From assembly GCF_009914755.1 (NCBI RefSeq), contig NC_060932.1: DNA of 64,000 nucleotides. One strand, 5' to 3'. How positions within the stretch are numbered: the first letter of the stretch is position 1; every line of letters begins with the position of its first letter. The position numbers and the translations under genes were made by a program. The notes beneath the pieces were generated by a model, which saw only the letters and a list, made by a program, of their open reading frames with translations, had not been told where the DNA came from and ran no database searches. The DNA comes from the human T2T-CHM13v2.0 reference genome, Homo sapiens. Positions 31,498 to 47,754 of the stretch are shown here, piece after piece.

Positions 31498-32285
31498 ATC
31501 TGCCTCCCCACTTAACCTTGGTGTCTAAATTTAAAGCCACTGAAACCATGTCAGGTCTTGAGATTTGCCATGAGTAAACCATTTCTTTTAGAAGGGCACG
31601 TTTTGGTTCTCAGAGGTTGTATAAACTTATTCCTCCATAATACTCCCTTTTAATAAGGAAAAAAAAAATTGCCTGAGGAAGAGGAAGTTAACCATTAAAT
31701 ACCTATCTTGGAATTATGTAGTTTTATTTTAATTTCCTGTTACCTTCCAGGCAAGATTTGAAAGGTCATGCATTAAAAAAAGAAAGTTTGTCAATAACAT
31801 ATATATGTAGAAATAAATCACTTCAATCACTGTTGATTTTCATAGGCAAGCAGATAAAAAAGATGTTACAGAAGTTATTTGAACAGCTTTTCAACAAAGG
31901 CTCACATTTGAAAAAAATTAATGTCAAGTTTTATTCACATAGAGACCACAGCCACTCTTTCTCTTTTAGTTCATTCTTATAGTTTGGTGAAGAAACTGCT
32001 CCACAAAGAAGTCGCAGCTTTTGCCATTTTCAAGGAAAACCTCAGGTGTTTCATCATTTTTGGTCTATTTTTCAAAACACAATTCAGGAGTGTCACACAG
32101 ACCCACCATAGACCCATATAAGCATCTACCACCTAAGTGGTTCTTGAGTGGTTTTGATCCTCAGACCCACTTTCCCAGGTGTCTGGTGTTAATGTATGCT
32201 CCTGATAATTAAGAGTAAAATTATTAATATCAAATTTGAAATATTTACATGATAGATGATATATAATAATCTTACATTTATTAAC

Positions 32286-32600
32286 AGGTTGGGCAGCAAA
32301 ACTTCTTACTCTCAGGACTCCTTTAAATACAAATTGTTGAGGAGCCCAGAGAGCTTTTTGTTCATGTGGGTTGTGTCAGTTGATATTTCCCGTATTGGAA
32401 ATTAAAGCTGAAAAGTTTTAAAGCATTGTTTCACTTAATAGAAAGCAGCTGGATTTTCATCTCTGCTTCTGCATTCAATTGTGATATCTCTTGTCTTGGA
32501 AGCCTCTGGAAAACACTATACACATGAAAGAATACGAGTGAAAAAGTCTTAGTATTATGAATATAAATTTGGCGTTGCAGATGTCCTTTGAGAACCACTC
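32286..32600. mobile_element. hAT-Charlie-type DNA transposon relic
   Basis: ctcaggactccttta...gaggagcccagagagctttttg...tttgagaaccact; subfamily uncertain. Confidence 0.6.
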
Positions 32601-33249
32601 TTCGCTGATACATGTCGGTGATGGACTGTTTGCAGTTTGAGCTCCTCTACGTGAATGGGTATTCCCAAGTGGTTCTGTTGCATCACTTGAGCAGCCCTGT
32701 CTTGGGGCAACTCTGCCATGTACAGGCCTGCCCACCCTCCTACAGATGCACACCAGTCTCTTTCCTTGATCTCATTAACATAAAATCACATCTCATCTCA
32801 AGGAATGTATCTACTACTTGGAATCTATTGAGTCATAGCTTTTAGTTATCAGTGAATTTTTTTTTCTTCAGCTTCATATCATTTTCTTACCTTATCTGGT
32901 GATTCATTGCCCATAAAAATAACGAGTAGTTTTACAATCAAAATTGGCTTTGAATTGTGTTTGGATTTTTGTGAAGATTCTTGGTATCTGAAGGGAAATG
33001 TTTGTGTTTAACCTTAGTCTTCCTTGTCTATTCTAACCCCAACTCTCCCAGGGGAAAAAAAGCTGCTTTTTTTTTTTTTTTTTCCTCTGCTCTACTTTCA
33101 GTACCACTAATCTATTAACTCATCAAACTCCAAGCAAAGGTAGAGGTAACAAAAGCAGAGGAAATTGTCATCATTGATTCCTCTTCTCCACTGTGTTTCC
33201 TCTGTCCAACACAGCACTCTTTTAACCAGCCCTGACTTCCTCTCAGGTG

Positions 33250-33625
33250 TCAACTCACCCCATCTTCTGCCCTGTCGCTGTGCTCCAGCCACACTGGCTT
33301 CCTTGTCTTCCCTCAAACTTTCAGGTGCATTTTTACCTCAGGGTTTTTCTGTCCTCTCTGCTTGTGTCAGATGTTTCCTTTCTTCTGCACGGGTCTGCTA
33401 AAGTCACACTTTATTAGTGAATATGTCCTTGATCACTGTCTAAAATAGTAACTCTGTCCTCTATTTTCTTATTCTCTATTTACTTCATAGAAATTTTCTA
33501 AAGTTAATTTGTGTATGGCTTTATCTTTATAAACTGAGATTCCTGAGGGAAGGGACTTTGTCTTCTTTATTGCTGTAAACACTGCCTGGCACATAGCATC
33601 CTTAACAGCTACTGATTGAATGAGT
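33250..33625 (+). mobile_element. L2 3' end
   Basis: ctccagccacactggcttcctt...tgcctggcacatag...ttgaatga. Confidence 0.75.
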
Positions 33626-34164
33626 CATTGACTATCCTCCAAGCTCATTCTTAAGTTGTGACGAATGGATCATTGCTGTTGATGCTGCAATGATAGCCTT
33701 CATTGCTAGGGAGCCAGAAGTCAGTCTGTGAAACTGGTGATGCTAGTAACTGCTTGAAAGCAAGCCATGCGACTTACATTTTTCTTACCAAAGGGAAAGT
33801 TGACTGCTTGATAATATCCCCACTTCCACTTTAATACTCTATTTGGCTGCTCTTGTGAAGCTGCCTTCTCTCCCCCACTCCCTTCGTTCGTTGTTTTCTA
33901 CTTTCCAAAATTACCTTTGACTCTCATTTAAACCAGACTTTTTCTGGGTCAGATAAGGGGGAGGAATACAGTGTGATTTACTCTGAGATCATAGAGTGCT
34001 GGAAAGGACCTATGCAGGCCATTTAATCTCATCTTCCTGTTTATAGATGAAGAAACAGCCTGGAAGGCTATAACTTTCCCAAATGAGTGAGAGAATCAGA
34101 ACTTCAAAAAAGCCCTGATTTTCTAGTTCCTACTTCAATGTGAAGCTCATCTAAATCTGTACCC

Positions 34165-34297
34165 TTCAGATTTTGGGTTTTTGGATTAGGGATGTTCACC
34201 TGGTAAATATAATGCAGATCTTCCAAAGTCAAAAAAAATTGGATATCTGAAACACTCTGGTGTTTAGAATTTCAAATAAGGAATACTCAACTCGTAT
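34165..34297. mobile_element. MER46/Tigger4-like fragment
   Basis: tttggattagggatgttcacc...ataaggaatactcaactcgta. Confidence 0.6.
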
Positions 34298-34417
34298 TTA
34301 GTTGTTGACTGACCCAACAATTAAGTGCCTCTATCATTTTTCTTATTTCTAAAATGAGAAACATCCTTACTCAGAATTGATCAGAGAATTGAACAAAAAT
34401 GCACAATGCATAACATC

Positions 34418-35075
<658 letters not shown>

Positions 35076-36999
35076 AGTCCATCTTGAAGCCTTCACTGTG
35101 TTAGTTTTTGCTCCTGCCCCTCTTTTTCTAGGAGTCCTGGCTGTCCTCATGCAGAAGAACTTGCTTTTTTCCCTAAATTTGCTAGTGCTTTTTCTGCGTT
35201 CAACTGTAGATCCTCTAAATCCTTTTCAAAGCCATTGGCTTTTCAGCTTTCACATGTCCAAGATTGTCTAGACAGGTGAAACTTAAAAGTTTTATTTTTA
35301 AAAATTAGTCTGGTTTTTAGAGGTTGATGTTTCCTTGTTATTAAAGTATATATAGAACTTTTCAGAAATCTAATCACTCTAAATCCCTCTATACCTACCA
35401 TATAGGAAAAGAAAGTTTGACCAGAAAATGGTCATTAGTCATAACACAGGAGTGATGCCTCCACTTTTAGATAGAGTGGTAAGCATTTAATCAACTACTC
35501 TTCTATACTACCCAGCTTAATGTGGCTCCTAGTTGAATAATTACAAAAAGATAAAACAAAACAAAAAATTACACAAAAGGACAGCAGAGGGAGCTATTGA
35601 GATTTGATTACGTTTTGTGTTATGTTGGGTTTTGCTTTTTTTTTTAAAAAAAGAGAAAACTATAATGTTTTGACTTAGTCTTTCTCATCTCACATCAATA
35701 TGCAGGAAAAGTTTTATCATATTGGATAATGTATATGGAGTGTGGGGGTGGCATAAGAAGAGGCTTTTTTTTTCTATCTGCCTCCACTTAAATTCTGTTA
35801 ATCACCCCCATCACTCCTATAAATGTAGTTGGCATAAGAAAAATGATAATTTTCCATTGTAATTTTAGAAGTGTGTTTATTTTGTTAGTGTAAATCTGGA
35901 TCATCCAAGATCAGCTGCTTTACAGGACATTGTCTCTAATTGTGTTTTTATAGGCTCCCTGGAGACCTCTCCTGGGCTTCTAAAGTCTTCTGCCCTGTCC
36001 TCCATTATAGGGGGTGGATTATGAGACCTAAAAGGGTTAAAATTCATAGAATTTTGTGAGGAGTACTCATTAGAAGATGAGGATTGTACTTAGGTTAGGG
36101 GTGTGTGTGTAGTGTACAGGTGGGTGGTAGTTAGGAAGAGGGAAGTGAAAGGTTTGTTTCAGGTCTTTCTCCACAATCTTGATGCCACATTTCATGTGTA
36201 CAACCCACTTCTGCTCTTGATATTTTTATCTCTCCTTGTCCTACCCACAATTCCTATGCTTCCTAACTGGTCCTTCAGCCTCAGAATTCTACTCACTCCA
36301 AGTCCATCCTCCACACGTTAGCCATAGTTGTCATTTATTAAACACAACTCTGAATTCCTTTTCTTGGAATGTGTCCTTTTGTTTATAAGTGCACGGAAAA
36401 CGTGTGGGTTCACAGGGATACTACTTGTGGTATTGTTTGTAATTGCAAATTTAAAAAATGGGAATGAATCTGTTCACCTAAAAATTAAATTGTGAAATTC
36501 AGTACAATGAAATACTATGTAGCCATTGATGCTAATGTGGGAAGATGTTAATGCATTTTCTTAAAAAAACAAATAATGGTCTGTACCATGAGTTTTAAAA
36601 TTTAATACACAATTGAAATATGTTTTGCATTTGATTTTAATACATAATTTAAGTTTAAATCAAATTTTGCAAGGATTTAGTAGGTAGAGAAAATGGAAAT
36701 AGGTACAAAATATTCCTAACAATGGTTACCTCTGAAGTATGTTGCTAGACTTGCTGGCTGTGAGGGAGGACAGAGAAGAGGTTTTACTTTTTGCCTTATA
36801 TCTTTCTTTAGTTTGAACTGTCTAGCAAGACCTTATAATTTATAAATACATGTAAATTTAAATATACTGATATTCCAAGATTTGGTTCCAGCATTAGTGT
36901 CTCCCTGAAGCCTTTCACGGTCCCATTGGTCTGGTTTAGGTAGACTTCCTTTGTGGACACTGACTTATAATCCTCTACTGGAGCCAGCTTAATGTAGTA

Positions 37000-37222
37000 G
37001 AACCAGTAGGGACTTTGATGTCAGATAAAACTGGATTAAAGTATGACTCAGCCTTTATCCACTGTGTGATATTAGACACGAAATTTAATCTCCTTTGGCC
37101 TCAGTTTCTTTACTTCAAGAGTGGGAAAATTGATGTTAATCTTGCACAATTGTTTAGGAGCAGAGTGAATTTATGCAAAGTGTCATTGTAAGACAACAGG
37201 CATATGTAGGTGTTCAATAAGA
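37000..37222. mobile_element. MIR
   Basis: tttaatctcctttggcctcagtttct...gtaggtgttcaataa. Confidence 0.7.
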
Positions 37223-37227
37223 GGTAA

Positions 37228-37768
37228 TGTTACTGGAAAGGGGTCCAGATCCAGACCCGAAAAGAGGGTTCTTCGATCTTGCACAAGAAAGAATTCAGGG
37301 AAAGGCCATAGAGTAAAGTGAAAGAAAGTTTATTAGGAAAATAAAGGAATAAAAGGATGACTACTCTGTAGACAGAGCAGCTGCTGGTTGCCCATTTTTA
37401 TGGTTATTTCTTGATTATATGCTAAACAAGGGGTGGATCATTCATGCCTCCCCTTTTTGACCATATAGGGTAACTTCTTGACATTGTCATCGCATTTGTA
37501 AACTGTCATGGTGCTGGTGGGAGTGTAGTAGTGAGATGGCCAGAGGTCACTCGTTGACCTGTTAGTTTTGGTGGGTTTTAGCCAGCATCTTTACTACAAC
37601 CTGTTTTATCAGCAAGGTCTTTATGACCTGTATCCTGTACTGACCTCCTATCTCATCCTGTGACTAAGAATGCCTTAACCTCCTGGGAATGCAGCCCAGT
37701 TGGTGTCAGCCTTATTTTACCCAGCCCCTATTCAAGATGGAGTTGCTCTGGTTCAAACACTTCTAACA
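37228..37768 (-). mobile_element. MER41A solo LTR (ERV1)
   Basis: Reverse complement reads tgttagaagtgtttgaaccagagcaactccatcttgaatagggg...cccctttccagtaaca; perfect 4-bp TSD GTAA (37224, 37769). Confidence 0.92.
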
Positions 37769-37788
37769 GTAACGGGTACTATTATTGA

Positions 37789-38125
<337 letters not shown>

Positions 38126-39424
38126 TTGTTTACTCCATTCTTAAAGCCATGGTTCTTTATTGAATAAACACAGTAATGCTTCTTATTCTGAGTTTTTCCT
38201 GTGACATGACTTCATTCTCTAGACTTCTGTATCAAATTGTACCTGTACTATGGTCTCATTCACCCCAAGCCAGCTCTCAGCTAGTTGTTTGGATGAACAA
38301 TCCTGATTATGGCTTAATGCTAAAGCCTGCTGACATGTTTCTAAGAACCCACTAATGGCTTACCTGAAGGTGAATGCAATGGTGGTATCCAGGCATCATA
38401 TTAGGAAGAGCACAGTTATAGAAAATGCAGAGTGGAGCTTTGGCATTTTTAAGCCAGCTATATGGGTAGTCTCTAATTGTACTATCTGCCCATGGTTTGA
38501 ATTTTATCTGTCCAGCATGAAGCAGAGAGGAGCAGTCAAATTGTTGGTGCTACTGAGAGTATCACCTGCCTGCATCAGAGATAGTGGATGGTCTTCTAAT
38601 TTTAAGTGTCACCCTCTCTTATGAATTACCTCTTTTTAAAGGCACTCTACCATACTGCCTTTTATTATGCTTTTATTTTGAAATTGTAAGCAGCAGTTGC
38701 CCTGTATCAGAGTTTTCTGAACACAGATTTTTGAATGAATGAATCAATCAAACCATGACTTTTCCTAGAGTTTGATAGTCCTTCCAATCATCTAATTGTA
38801 TGTCATTTGTTTAGTGAGATATCATCAAGCTGTTTTGCTTCTTGAGAAGCATTCAGATGGTAAGAATCGCCGATTGACTTGATTGTTCCACAGACATATA
38901 AACACTGCTGGCAGAGTTCATATGTCTAGAAGATGCTTCTGGCATCTGGTACTGCAACAGTGTGATAAGGTGATGCATCCAGGTGAGTGAAATACACGTC
39001 AGAAATAGATCCCATAAAAATTCAGTGCTGCCTGTCTCCTTTAGTTCCTTTAAGCCACAAGTATGCTTGGTTTTAGCTTTTCTGTTTATTTGGACACTGC
39101 TTTTTATCAGCAACAGGAGATGTGTTGTTTTATCTTTTGTTTTAAATGTCTGTTTTAAACCTTAACCCCCTTTTCCTTCCTAAGAATGAATTAAAGGTCT
39201 ATTTTTGTTAATATCTAAAATTGTTATCCCAGGAAATGAGTCAGTGAAAATACTTTTGCATAAAATGACAATAGCAAAATCTTTTCTTAATGAGATGTAT
39301 TGTTCTAGCAAGAGGTCAGATGATTCTCCCATATTACCCCTACAAAAACCTTTGCCAATCAAGTCAATATGCCAGTTCTAAGCCTGGTTAGCAAGTACTT
39401 TCTAAAGTACTTCTAAAGTACATC

Positions 39425-40400
39425 TTCAGTAAGACTGTTCGGGCTTTCCTTGTGATGCCCTGCATTGGGAAAGTATAGCTTATATTCCCCTTGAATCTGC
39501 CTGCCCTGTGACCATTTAACCAACAGAATGGAATGGAATTGACATTTGCCTCAGTGGCTCAAAGCTTTAAGATGTCTGGCAGCTTTTAGTTTTGCAGTTT
39601 TGGAAAACCTGAGTGGCCATATAAAAAATCTAGCTTCCTGTTGGAGAGACCACATGACATTACATGGAGGCCAATATCGATCTATCCTGTTGTCCAAGGA
39701 AAGGCCCTGAATGACTTCAGTCTCATCCCCTCCTGACTACAACCAAGTGAGAAACCAGCAGAATCTCCCTGCTAAGCTCAAACTATACAAGTATGAGAGA
39801 TAATAAAATGATTGTTTTCTTAAGTGCCTACAGTTTTGTTGTGGTTTGTTACATCGCAGTAGAAACCAAAACCGAAATTGTTTCTTGGAAGTGGAGTGTG
39901 GCTTAATGGTAAACTATTACATGAGAGTTTGACTTTGGGATAGGTAGAAGCTGGAAGGGCCTCGAGGACAATTTTAGGGAAGCCTGTTAGGACAGGAAGG
40001 AACTTGTCATTAGGAGAAAAGGTGACTCATGTTACTTATGACAGAAAGCTTGGTAGAAAGTTGGAAACATGGAAAATAGAAAATATAACTAATACACTTA
40101 TGGTCCTAGCTCTTTGCATATATCCACTATACTCCCCTGAACAGCTTGTTAAGAATGGGAACAATATTCCTATTAGTGAAGTGAGGAAATCCCAACTAAA
40201 GGAAGTTAAATGTCTGTCCAGTATCATATCTGGTAAGTTGCGGAGAGATACTTTTAACACAATTTGGCTAAAGGAATTTTTCAGGTGAAAGAAAAAGTAC
40301 CAATGGATTTCTTTTGGCTGCGCATGAAAAAATAGAGATGAACTAAAGAAGAAACAGTTTAGTTTTTGAGCAGAACTTGAAGGAAATATTTCTAAGCAGG
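39425..40400 (+). mobile_element. Old MLT1 LTR (to ~39872) followed by MaLR internal 5' sequence
   Basis: LTR 3' end aataaaatgattgtt...gtggtttgttacatcgcagtagaaaccaaaac, then tggaagtggagtg...gaagctggaagggcctcgagg...ctaaaggaattttt typical of MLT1-int. A MIR-like piece lies near 40110-40230. Confidence 0.65.
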
Positions 40401-40657
40401 AAGCTGTTAGAGACTTGGTTGGTGTGTCTGTATGACAAGAAAGTGAGGAAAGTTATGTTGTTGGATGTGAAAGGCAGCAACTAGGCCTTCTCATATATGA
40501 TTCCATGCCTCAAGCCATCACACAGACTATTCAATTGGAGTAGGATCAGGCTTCAAAGAAAGGCTTTGGATCTCTGTTTCCATGGCCCTCTGATTGTACT
40601 GATGTACTTATGGCCAACTCATGGAGACTTTTTCAGGGCCATAAAATCCCAGAAAGT

Positions 40658-40999
<342 letters not shown>

Positions 41000-41602
41000 C
41001 TATAGCTTCTCCAGACTGGCTTGTCATGGCAGTCTGGACAATGGACAAAATGGCAACTCCAAAAACGACCTCTGTACCAAAATCTGCCCCTAAATGTTGG
41101 GAACATTAACTTTATTGTCGGTAGCTAGAGTCACTGTGCAAGAATCTGTGAATGATTGATTACCCAGGATAAAGATTGACACACCCTGTAAACAAAGCAA
41201 TATCTCTGCAAAATGAGACAAAATGAAGGATAGGAATAAAAACAAACCCTCTTCAAAGGAACCTGGTGATAAGGTGATATGGATCCCAAGGAAGAAACTG
41301 ATGTGGTTGGCACTTGGAGTAATTGGGTCAAGATATTAACGGGGGCAGGTGGGCTTCAGCAGGCAGTTTTCCACCCACTTGAAACAGAAGGTGCTTCTTT
41401 AGAATCAGATTCCTCCAAAATGATCAACCTCCAACTACTGGAGAAAAGAAGTCAAGAGGCTGCCTGACCCTTGCTCCTGTATCCCGATTTGACAGCCTAT
41501 GAGAGGAAGATAGACAAGGTCCCTGATCCTAGAAGTTACTGAAGACCTTGCATTCCATTGAGGATACAGTGGGATAGGATGGAGGGATTTGGCATACAAT
41601 AG

Positions 41603-42207
<605 letters not shown>

Positions 42208-42985
42208 TGCATACAAATTTTTATGGCTCTTTTGGGTATCAGTGTTCACATGATTATCTTAGCAGGTTCTTTTGAGGGGTGAGGACCACAGCTTCAACTG
42301 GCCAGATTTGAAAGGGGAGTGAAATATGTAAGAGAAGTAACTGTAATCATCTGTGTTGGGCTGCTTAAAGCATTCTTAGGCACTGCCATTATTGCTCTTA
42401 TTGCTGAATGCACAGTTGGTATTGATACTTTGCATACTTGTAAGTGCTCATAAATTTCAATTGAGAAGAGTTGCTTGTGATAGTGGGATGAACGCACTTA
42501 CTAGGCCTCCAATTCCATCCACATTATGCAACAAAAACACCATATAATTACAGGAGGAGTAAAGGAACACAAAACCATAATTAAGGACTTCAAGACAGCA
42601 GTGGTATTGACAAATGCAATTTATTACAGTAGTTCAGTGTGCCCACTGGACAGGCTGATAGGAGCTAGAGGTTTCCATTATGGTAGATTATTACTATTGA
42701 ATTCAGTTGTTATATTCCTGCTATTTCAGACATTGTATATCAAAACTGTTGGCACCTGGAATGTCATCTTAGACATTTCAAATGCCTTTTTTTAAAATCC
42801 TTTATGCACGAAGAGATTAAGATCAGTAGCATTCACCTGGCTGGGGCTTCAATGCATATTTATGATACTGCAACAGGAGTATGAGAATTCTCATACCCAC
42901 CAATAGGTGGACGGAAACATGAAACGAATTTCTCTCCCTCTGGGAGTTTAGTTCCACTGCATGATGTAATTATGCAGAGAGGCCC

Positions 42986-43507
42986 TATATTAGTTATCTA
43001 TTTCTGAGTAACAAATTAATACAAACTTAAAAGCTTAGAATAGCACATTTACTACCTCACAGTTTCTTTGTGTCAGGAATCAGGCATGGCTTAGGTGGGT
43101 CTCTCATGAGACTGCAATCAAGGTGTCCACCAAGGCTGGTGCCTTCAGTAAAAGTCTGGGGAAGGATCTGCTTCTAAGCTTATGTGATTGTTGGTAGGGT
43201 TTTGTTCCTCAGGGATTCTTGAACAGAGGACCTCAGTTCCTTGCTGGTTTTTGCTGAAGGCTCCATCCTCAGTTCCTTGCCATGTGGGCCTCTCCACAGA
43301 GCAGCTTGCTTCTTGAAGCCAGCAAGGGAGAGAGGTTGCTAGCAAGACAGAAATCACACTCTTATGTAATCTAATTATGAATTGACAACTTCTGGATGTT
43401 GAGGTATTCTATTGGTTAGAAGCAAGTTCTAACCAAGGGCAGGATCATATAAGGCTAGGAATACCAGGAGGTGGTGATTATTGGAGACTATCTTAGAGTC
43501 TCCCACC
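42986..43507 (-). mobile_element. MLT1E-like LTR (last few bases displaced to ~44065-44074 by MLT2A)
   Basis: tattagttatctattt...ctcacagtttct...gaggacctcagttccttgctgg...tcttagagtc. Confidence 0.8.
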
Positions 43508-44064
43508 TGGGATGGCTAATATTAATTGTCAACTTGATTGGATTGACCAATGCAAAGTATTGTTCTGGGTGTGTCTGTGAGGGTGTTGCCAAAGGGGATT
43601 AACATTTGAGTCAGGGGACTGGGAGAGGCAGACCTACCTTCAAGTCTGGGTTGGCACCATCTAATCAGCTGCCAGCATGGCTAGGATAAAGCAGGCCAAG
43701 GAACTTGGAAGGGTAGACTTGCTGAGTCTTCCAGCCTTCATCTTTCTCCCATGCAGGATGCTTCCTGCCCTTGAACATCAGACTTCAAGTTCTTCAGCTT
43801 TTGGGCTCTTGGACTTACACCAGTGGTTTGCCAGGGGTTCTTGGGCCTTTGGCCACAGACTGAAAGTTGCACTATCAGCCTCTCTATTTTTGAGGTTTGG
43901 GGACTGGAACTGATCCACCACTGGCTTCCTTGCTCCTCAACTTGCAGACAGCCTATTGTGGGACTTCACTTTGTGACTGTGAGTCAATTCTCCTTAATAA
44001 ACTCCCTTGCATATATACATATATCCTATTAGTTCTGTCCCTCTAGAAAACCCTGACTAATACA
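43508..44064 (+). mobile_element. MLT2A (MLT2A2-length) HERV-L solo LTR
   Basis: gatggctaatatt..tgtcaacttgattggattga...ttctgtccctctagaaaaccctgactaataca; 557 bp. Confidence 0.9.
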
Positions 44065-44317
44065 CCCCTACACACCCCAATAAAAAATAAGTGACAATGA
44101 CTTATTTAGAGTATACCCTAACTCACATGACAGCCCAGGATGTCTTGTTAATTCTGTTAAGATTCAGGGAACAGCCAATTTCTTGGAAACAATGTGTCAT
44201 GAGGCTCAAAGCCTGGCCACTGGGACAGTAAAGGAAGAGTTACCTTCTGGCCATCACTACCAAAAAGGGAGCTCAGCAATTCATTTGATTATTTGAATAT
44301 TGGAGACAGTATCATCT

Positions 44318-44678
44318 TGTCTTAGTTTATTAAGGCTGCTATAACAGAATACCATAAACTGGGTGGCTTGTAAACAACAAATATTTATTTCTCACAGTTC
44401 CGGGGGCTGGGAAGTCCCAAAATAAGATACTTGCAGATACAATGTCTGGTGAGGGCTCTTCCTGGTTCATAGATGACTGCCTTCTTGTTGTATCCTCATA
44501 TGGTGAAAGGGACAAGGGACTTCTCTGGCATCTTTTATAAGGACATTAATCCCACTCATGAGGGAATCTTCCCTCATGACATAATTATCTCCCAAAGGCC
44601 CAATCTCTAAATACCATCACGGGGGATTCAATTTAAGCATATAAATTTTGGAGGGATGTAAACATTCAATCTATAACA
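44318..44678 (-). mobile_element. MLT1A0-like solo LTR
   Basis: tgtcttagt...gctgctataacagaataccataaactgggtggctt...aacattcaatctataaca; TSD catct/cacct. Confidence 0.88.
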
Positions 44679-45455
44679 CACCTCATTTAGGCATTTTGTT
44701 GATACCAATATATAAAGTGACCAGAAAATATGCTAAATTTAGCTGGGGATCTCAGCAGCAAGCAGAGATAGAGGCAGTGCAACTGGCTGTTTCAGCAGCC
44801 CTAATCTGGGGGGCATATAGACTCTAGGATCTCTTTGAACTACAGATCTCTATTGCTAATAACTATGCTCATCAGAGCCTTTGGCAAAGAGTGACAGGTT
44901 TCCTGACTGCTGAGCCATATTTAAAGCTAATGTTATCTACTAGATGGAAGCAGCTGTCTAGACCCAAGGAAATTTGGAAAATTGACTATAATAAGGGTAG
45001 CAGCACAATGGCCTAAATTCAAAGCCACTGTTGTTACTCTAGACAATACTCCTAAGGGCCATATATGTTTTATTTTTACTCACTCTTGGGCTGTGACTAA
45101 CAGCATAACTATTTGGTTGAATACCTGGGGGATGACTGACTGGTGTGTTAAAGACACATCTCTGTGAGGCTGTGGGCTCTGGAAAGGCGTTGCTACAGCC
45201 AGATGGGGCATTTATATAATCCATGTGAATACTTTTGGGAAGAGTCCATACTGAGATAAGACTAAATAAAACAATGTGGCTGATCAGGCTAGCACAGCCT
45301 ATACAGGCAGCATCACTACCTGAATTTGTCCTTATACATTAATTTTATTATTACCATCATTTCCTGGGTCTATTTTTGTTGACTGACTTTTCTCCTAATT
45401 AGAGATCACATTTCTTGATGCTTAGCATGTCTGGTAATTTTTAGTTGGCATTTAA

Positions 45456-45727
<272 letters not shown>

Positions 45728-45859
45728 GTCTTCCTTTAAAAAATATTTGAATTTTATTTTGACAGGCTACTTGGGGATTAGCTTGATTTTTTTTGAGGCT
45801 TGCTATTAAGATATATTAGGGCAGATTAGAGTAGTATTTATTCTAGGGTTAGTTTCTAT

Positions 45860-46949
45860 TATGTAAAGACACAGATAGGTTAAAAAAAGAATGGAAAAAT
45901 GTAGCATGAAAACATGAAGTGTAGGGATAGCTGGAGTGGCTGTAAAAAACCAGTCAAATTAGACTCAGGACAGGGAATAATAACAGAAAGAAAGAAAGAA
46001 ATTTCTTAATGATGAAAATGTCAATTTATGAAAACATTGACAGAGACCTGAAATTAAACAAAGCAATAATTGTCACAACTGGAAAAATAAATAGACAGAT
46101 TCGTGATTACTTTTAGAGTTTCAATACTCTTCTTTCAGTGAGAACAAGAAAACAAAAAAAATTAGTAAGGATATAGAAAACTTTAGGAGCACTATCAATC
46201 AACTTAACCTAATTTATATTTATAAAACTCTACTTCTAACAGCAACATAATACACATTTTTTAAAGTACACATGGGACACTCAAGATAGATCACATACTA
46301 GATCATAAAAAAAGTCTCAAAAACTTGGGAGAATTTAAACCATATAGAGAACAAAAAAATCTGGAAAATCTCCAAATATTTGGCAATTAAGCTTCATTCT
46401 TCTAATGACCCATGGGTCAAAGATGACATCAAAAGGAAAGCTATAAAACAAAAATAAAATCTATTAAAATTTACAAAATGAAACTAGACAAGTGCTTTAG
46501 AGGAAAATTTATAGTTTCAAGTGCTTATATTAGAAAAGAAGAATGTTTAAAGTCAGTGATCTCAGCTTCCCCTTTAAGAGGCAAGAAAAATAAAGTGAAA
46601 AGAAGGAGGGAAATAATAATGGGAGAAATAGAAATCAATGCAATAGAAACAAACAGCTGAGAAAATCAAAGAACCTAAAAGGCAGTTATTTGTAAATATA
46701 AATAAAATTAATAACACATCTAGCTGGACTGGACAAGTAATAAAGAGACAATGCCCAAATAACCAAAACCAGGAATGAAAGAGGAGATGTCACTACAGAC
46801 CCTATAAATGTTAAATGTATATTATAAGTATATATAATAAAGGAATATTATTATCATCTTTATACCCATAAATTTGATAACTTAGATGGAATGGATAAAT
46901 TCCTTGAAAGGTATAAATTATGAAAAATGAATAAAGAATATATAGAAAA
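45860..46949 (+). mobile_element. L1M ORF2 5' (endonuclease-region) relic
   Basis: aaagacacagataggttaaaa...gctggagtggct...agatagatcacatactagatcataaaa...cactacagaccctat. Confidence 0.8.
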
Positions 46950-47592
46950 TGTATTAGTCCTTTTTCATGCTGCTGATAAAGACATACCTGAGAATGGGCA
47001 ATGTACAAAAGAAAGAGGTTTAATTGGACTTACAGTTCCACGTGGCTGGGAAGTCTCACAATCATGGTCAAAGGCAAGGAGGACAAAGTCCTGTCTTACA
47101 TGGATGGTGGCAGGCAAAGAGAGAACTTGTGCAGGGAGACTCCCAATTTTCAAAACCATCAGATCTCGTGAGAGTTAATTCACTATCACCAGAACAGCAT
47201 GGGAAAGACCTGCCCCCATGATTCAATTACCTCCCGCTAGGTCCCTCCCACAACATGTGGGAATTCAAGATGTGATTTCGGTGGGGACACTGCCAAACCA
47301 TATCATTCCGCCCCGGGTCTCTCCCAAATCTCACGTCCTCATATTTCCAAATCAATCATGCCTTCCTTACAGTCCCCCAAAGTCTTATTTCACCATTAAC
47401 TCAAAAGTCCACAGTCTAACGTCTCATCTGAGACAAGGCAAGTCCCTTCTGCCTATGAGCCTGTAAAATCAAAAGCAAATTAGTTGCTTCCTAGATACAT
47501 GGAGGTACAGGCATTGGATAAATACAGCCATTCCAAATGGGAGAAATTGGCCAAAACAAAGGGGCTACAGGCCCCAAGCAAGTGTGAAATCC
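46950..47592 (-). mobile_element. THE1A-like 3' LTR (46950-47305) plus ~290 bp of 3' internal sequence; remainder missing
   Basis: tgtattagtcc...ccaaaccatatca, then the PPT complement ttccgcccc and THE1-int. Confidence 0.9.
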
Positions 47593-47754
47593 TTTTTTCA
47601 TAAAGGATAAGTACATGGTAAAGTTTCTGAGCCTTTGCACGTGTGAAAAATGGTTTTCTATCCCACTTGTTGATATTCAAAATTGTTAGATTCAAAACTG
47701 TTTTCCTTTCAGAATTTTGAACCATTGCTTTGTTTTCTTCCTAAATCTAGTGTT

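Noticed and set aside
42526-45167. Domesticated RT/RNase H gene
   Set aside because: Catalytic motifs are decayed (DTG, YIDD and TDS altered), with stops, frameshifts and several TE interruptions.
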